From: Nostoc sp. JL33
GTDB lineage: Bacteria; Cyanobacteriota; Cyanobacteriia; Cyanobacteriales; Nostocaceae
DNA length: 64,000 bases
NCBI RefSeq assembly: GCF_017114985.1
Contig: NZ_JABXKP010000038.1
Location: forward strand, 12,357-76,356
Direction: 5' to 3'
The notes below the pieces were generated by a model. It searched no databases. It was given only the letters and a program-made list of their open reading frames with translations, and was not told where the DNA came from. Shown in pieces: positions 61,281-64,000 of this stretch (positions are counted from its first letter, which is position 1; each line of letters opens with the position of its first letter). A program made the position numbers and the translations under genes.

Positions 61281-62045
61281 CTAATGTGACTCCTCATGCT
61301 CTTCTTCACCATGTCCCTCTATGGCCTCATGAATGTATGCTCCAGCTAGGGTAGCAAAAACCAGGGCTTGAATGGCACTGGTAAATAAACCTAAAGCCAT
61401 TACGGGTAGAGGTACAAATAGAGGAACTAGCAGAACCAGCACCGCTACTACCAATTCATCCGCCAATATATTGCCAAATAGACGGAAGCTTAGGGAGAGG
61501 GGCTTGGTGAAATCTTCGAGAATTGCGATCGGCAATAAAATGGGTGTCGGCTCTATATATTTCTTAAAGTAGCCCAAACCCCGCTTGCTAAAACCTGCGT
61601 AAAAATACGCTAAAGAGGTCAGCAGTGCCAATGCAACAGTCGTATTGATGTCATTAGTGGGAGCTGCCAATTCACCCGAAGGCAGCTTGATGAGCTTCCA
61701 GGGAATTAACGCCCCTGACCAGTTCGATACGAAAATAAACAGAAACAATGTGCCAATAAATGGCACCCAAGGGCGGTAATCTTTCTCACCTAGTTGGTCT
61801 TTTGCCAAACCACGAATAAATTCTAGGGCATATTCCATCAAATTTTGGATGCCACTAGGAATTCTTTGTGCATTGCGAGTAGCTGCTATTGAAGCCACTA
61901 CTAAAATGCTAATCACAAACCATGAGGTGAGAAAAACTTGCCCATGAATTTTAAGATTGCCCAACTGCCAGTAGAAATGTTGACCTACTTCTAATGCGGC
62001 GAGGGGAAAAGAATTAAAGGCGTTTAAGACACTAAGCATTTGCAT
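61281..62045 (-). CDS. atpB: ATP synthase a (cyanobacterial atpI)
   Basis: [24 protein letters not shown]. Confidence 0.97.
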   Translation of the reverse strand: MQMLSVLNAFNSFPLAALEVGQHFYWQLGNLKIHGQVFLTSWFVISILVVASIAATRNAQRIPSGIQNLMEYALEFIRGLAKDQLGEKDYRPWVPFIGTLFLFIFVSNWSGALIPWKLIKLPSGELAAPTNDINTTVALALLTSLAYFYAGFSKRGLGYFKKYIEPTPILLPIAILEDFTKPLSLSFRLFGNILADELVVAVLVLLVPLFVPLPVMALGLFTSAIQALVFATLAGAYIHEAIEGHGEEEHEESH

Positions 62046-62105
62046 TCTTCAAGCATTTTCCCCAACGATCGAGGATGGGATTACTATGTTTGTGAGCCTG
62101 ACTTT

Positions 62106-62546
62106 CTAAGAATCAGGAATGAACGCAATTTGCACCATATAGACGAGCAGGGTGGCTTTGTAAGTCAGAAATCCCAAAAATATGGGCAGAATCTGTAACT
62201 CACGCCATTGAGTTGCCACGATCATTAATCCCATAAACAGAGCTAAACGAGTTTTGCTCAGACGGGTTTTTTCACTACCGAGCCGCTCAACGTCTTTAGC
62301 CAGCATTTTTAAGTAAACCACACCTGTACACGCCCCAATTAAATAATTAAGGGCAATGTTTAAGGAATAAAAAATCCACACAGAGATAAAAATAACCCCC
62401 GTCAAGACAAGCGTGATTACCAACAATCGCTGGAAGAGTTGATAGAACTCTTGCATGGAGTTACCTGATTCTGTATCTTCAGAATCAGTTTTAGCATCTT
62501 GTTGCGTTGTCGGAGTGGGCGCAATTGATTCGTCTGACAAGCTCAC
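62106..62546 (-). CDS. atpI: ATP synthase protein I (atp1)
   Basis: Four hydrophobic segments, YL..LA.DVE, GFLTYKA; GTG at 62546 preferred as start. Confidence 0.9.
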   Translation of the reverse strand: MSLSDESIAPTPTTQQDAKTDSEDTESGNSMQEFYQLFQRLLVITLVLTGVIFISVWIFYSLNIALNYLIGACTGVVYLKMLAKDVERLGSEKTRLSKTRLALFMGLMIVATQWRELQILPIFLGFLTYKATLLVYMVQIAFIPDS

Positions 62547-63095
62547 GGGACTTGAAACCAGTACAGTTAAACATGATGACTGCACATTCAGTCAGCTGAA
62601 TCATATCACGATCCGGTAACAATACTTTAGGAAAAAACAATTAACTTCTTGTCAACCTTAGACAGTCAGTATTGCGCTCCCAGAAGCCAGAGAGCGATCG
62701 ATGATGTCAGGGGGTGAGGGGGTGAATAATCAATAATCGCTGCCTGAAAATTCAAAATTTCTTCCAATTCCAGCTTTTTTGAGAGAACAATTGTCCTCCA
62801 AAGACGTTAGACAGCATCTTGGCGTTTGAATTAAGTCGGTGTCAATAAACTCAACTGGTGCTTGAGCAGTGTACGGGCGTACCGCAAATCAGAAATCGGA
62901 GAGTAGCGGCTTGTGATTAAACATCCCACCACTGCTGAATTCCAGAAAACTTCAACTTTTGGGATGTATAATAACCCCGTTTCTTGGGCACTTTCCTAAT
63001 TTAGATTAATTTTTTACCAAAAGTGGTGATGGGCGATCGCTCCGGAACACGAGTATAAATTCCTTCTATCAACTCAGTAGAAAGGCCCAGTCTAA

Positions 63096-64000
63096 TTACA
63101 CAGGTGTCAATAAAATCAGCTGCTGCTGAACAAGCGTTCTTACCCCATCTAATCCCAGTTGGACACCTGCCAAAATCTCCGCAACTGTTAAATTAGCATC
63201 ACACTTTTGCATAAACTCAAACTCTGCTACAGATAAATTAACAATCTGGTAATCGTAATTAAAGAAACATTGACTGGGAAATCCTTCAATACAAGGATTA
63301 AGTTCGGGAATCGCTGTCAATAGAGCGTTATCGTCTGACCAGTTGGACTTGATTAAGGGAGGACGACCAAGGAAAAACTCGTAATGAGTTACTTCTGGAT
63401 CTAGTAATTCTATCAGGCGGTAAAGCTGGCGATCGCTGAAATCTTTTGCCCGTTCTACTAACTCTGGTGCTTTGCCCAAAAGTCTCTCCAAATCCCAGAA
63501 ACTCGGATTCGAGAAACCAATAAACTCCAATCCCGAAGCATCAATTAATTCAAACAGCGTCTCAATGTTGTAATCAATTTCCTGGGGATGAACGTACATA
63601 TCAGCAAAGTTTTCATCCTTATGGTTTTCTAATGACCAACGTTGTTTATCGTATTTGACAATTCGGTTATTTTCTGGTAAAGAAGCGAATATTTGTCGTC
63701 CAACTTGGACACCATCGCGGTAGTCGCCTTTTTTGTCACCTTGAATAAGTGCGATCGCTTTTTGCATGAGTTGAATTTCCCAGCGTCCTAACTCCCCATA
63801 CACAAAAATGTGCATTAAGCCGCCTGGGGCTAACTTTTTCGCCAAAGCTTGAATACCACGAATTGGATCGGAGGTATGATGCAAAACACCAACACAGTTG
63901 ATTAAATTAAACTCACCCGGTAACTGTTCCACATCAAACAAGCTGAGGTGATGAAATTCAACGCGGGTAGCCCCTGAACGCTGACAACGTTCTTTTGCTA
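63096..64000 (-). CDS. Class I SAM-dependent methyltransferase (5' partial, runs off the window)
   Basis: INCVGVLHH, L.PGG, D.YVHPQE; frame open to the window edge. Confidence 0.88.
   Translation of the reverse strand, partial: AKERCQRSGATRVEFHHLSLFDVEQLPGEFNLINCVGVLHHTSDPIRGIQALAKKLAPGGLMHIFVYGELGRWEIQLMQKAIALIQGDKKGDYRDGVQVGRQIFASLPENNRIVKYDKQRWSLENHKDENFADMYVHPQEIDYNIETLFELIDASGLEFIGFSNPSFWDLERLLGKAPELVERAKDFSDRQLYRLIELLDPEVTHYEFFLGRPPLIKSNWSDDNALLTAIPELNPCIEGFPSQCFFNYDYQIVNLSVAEFEFMQKCDANLTVAEILAGVQLGLDGVRTLVQQQLILLTPV

Overview
64 kb from a heterocystous cyanobacterium, Nostoc-like (frequent HIP1 GCGATCGC sites, heptamer tandem repeats, small dispersed repeats). In order: putA, a GNAT, a hybrid histidine kinase split by an in-frame TAG, a BtuF-like binding protein, two half-size UPF0016 Mn transporter genes, a YkgJ-family gene, psb30 (missing from the ORF track), and recJ. 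Next is a scytonemin (UV sunscreen) locus in the N. punctiforme order: a divergent PAS kinase plus AraC-type response regulator, then scyABCDEF, glycosyltransferase, tyrA, dsbA/frnE, aroB-like, trpE(G), trpC, trpA, tyrosinase, trpB, trpD, aroG. Two low-complexity repeat protein genes follow it. The rest holds a NatB-like binding protein, sbp and pstSCAB, a DUF433/DUF5615 toxin-antitoxin pair, a metallophosphoesterase, an IS630 remnant, tmRNA, the atp1-atpIHGFDAC operon and a partial methyltransferase. Top observations: (1) a 33-bp motif in six copies, three before scyA, one before trpE and two before the Gly-rich/PEP-CTERM gene pair, which is a candidate operator and suggests the regulon extends to two putative surface proteins; (2) an ATP synthase c subunit with a duplicated, diverged N-terminus; (3) a sulfate-binding protein gene directly ahead of a Pst transporter. 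Family assignments come from motif recognition, not database searches.
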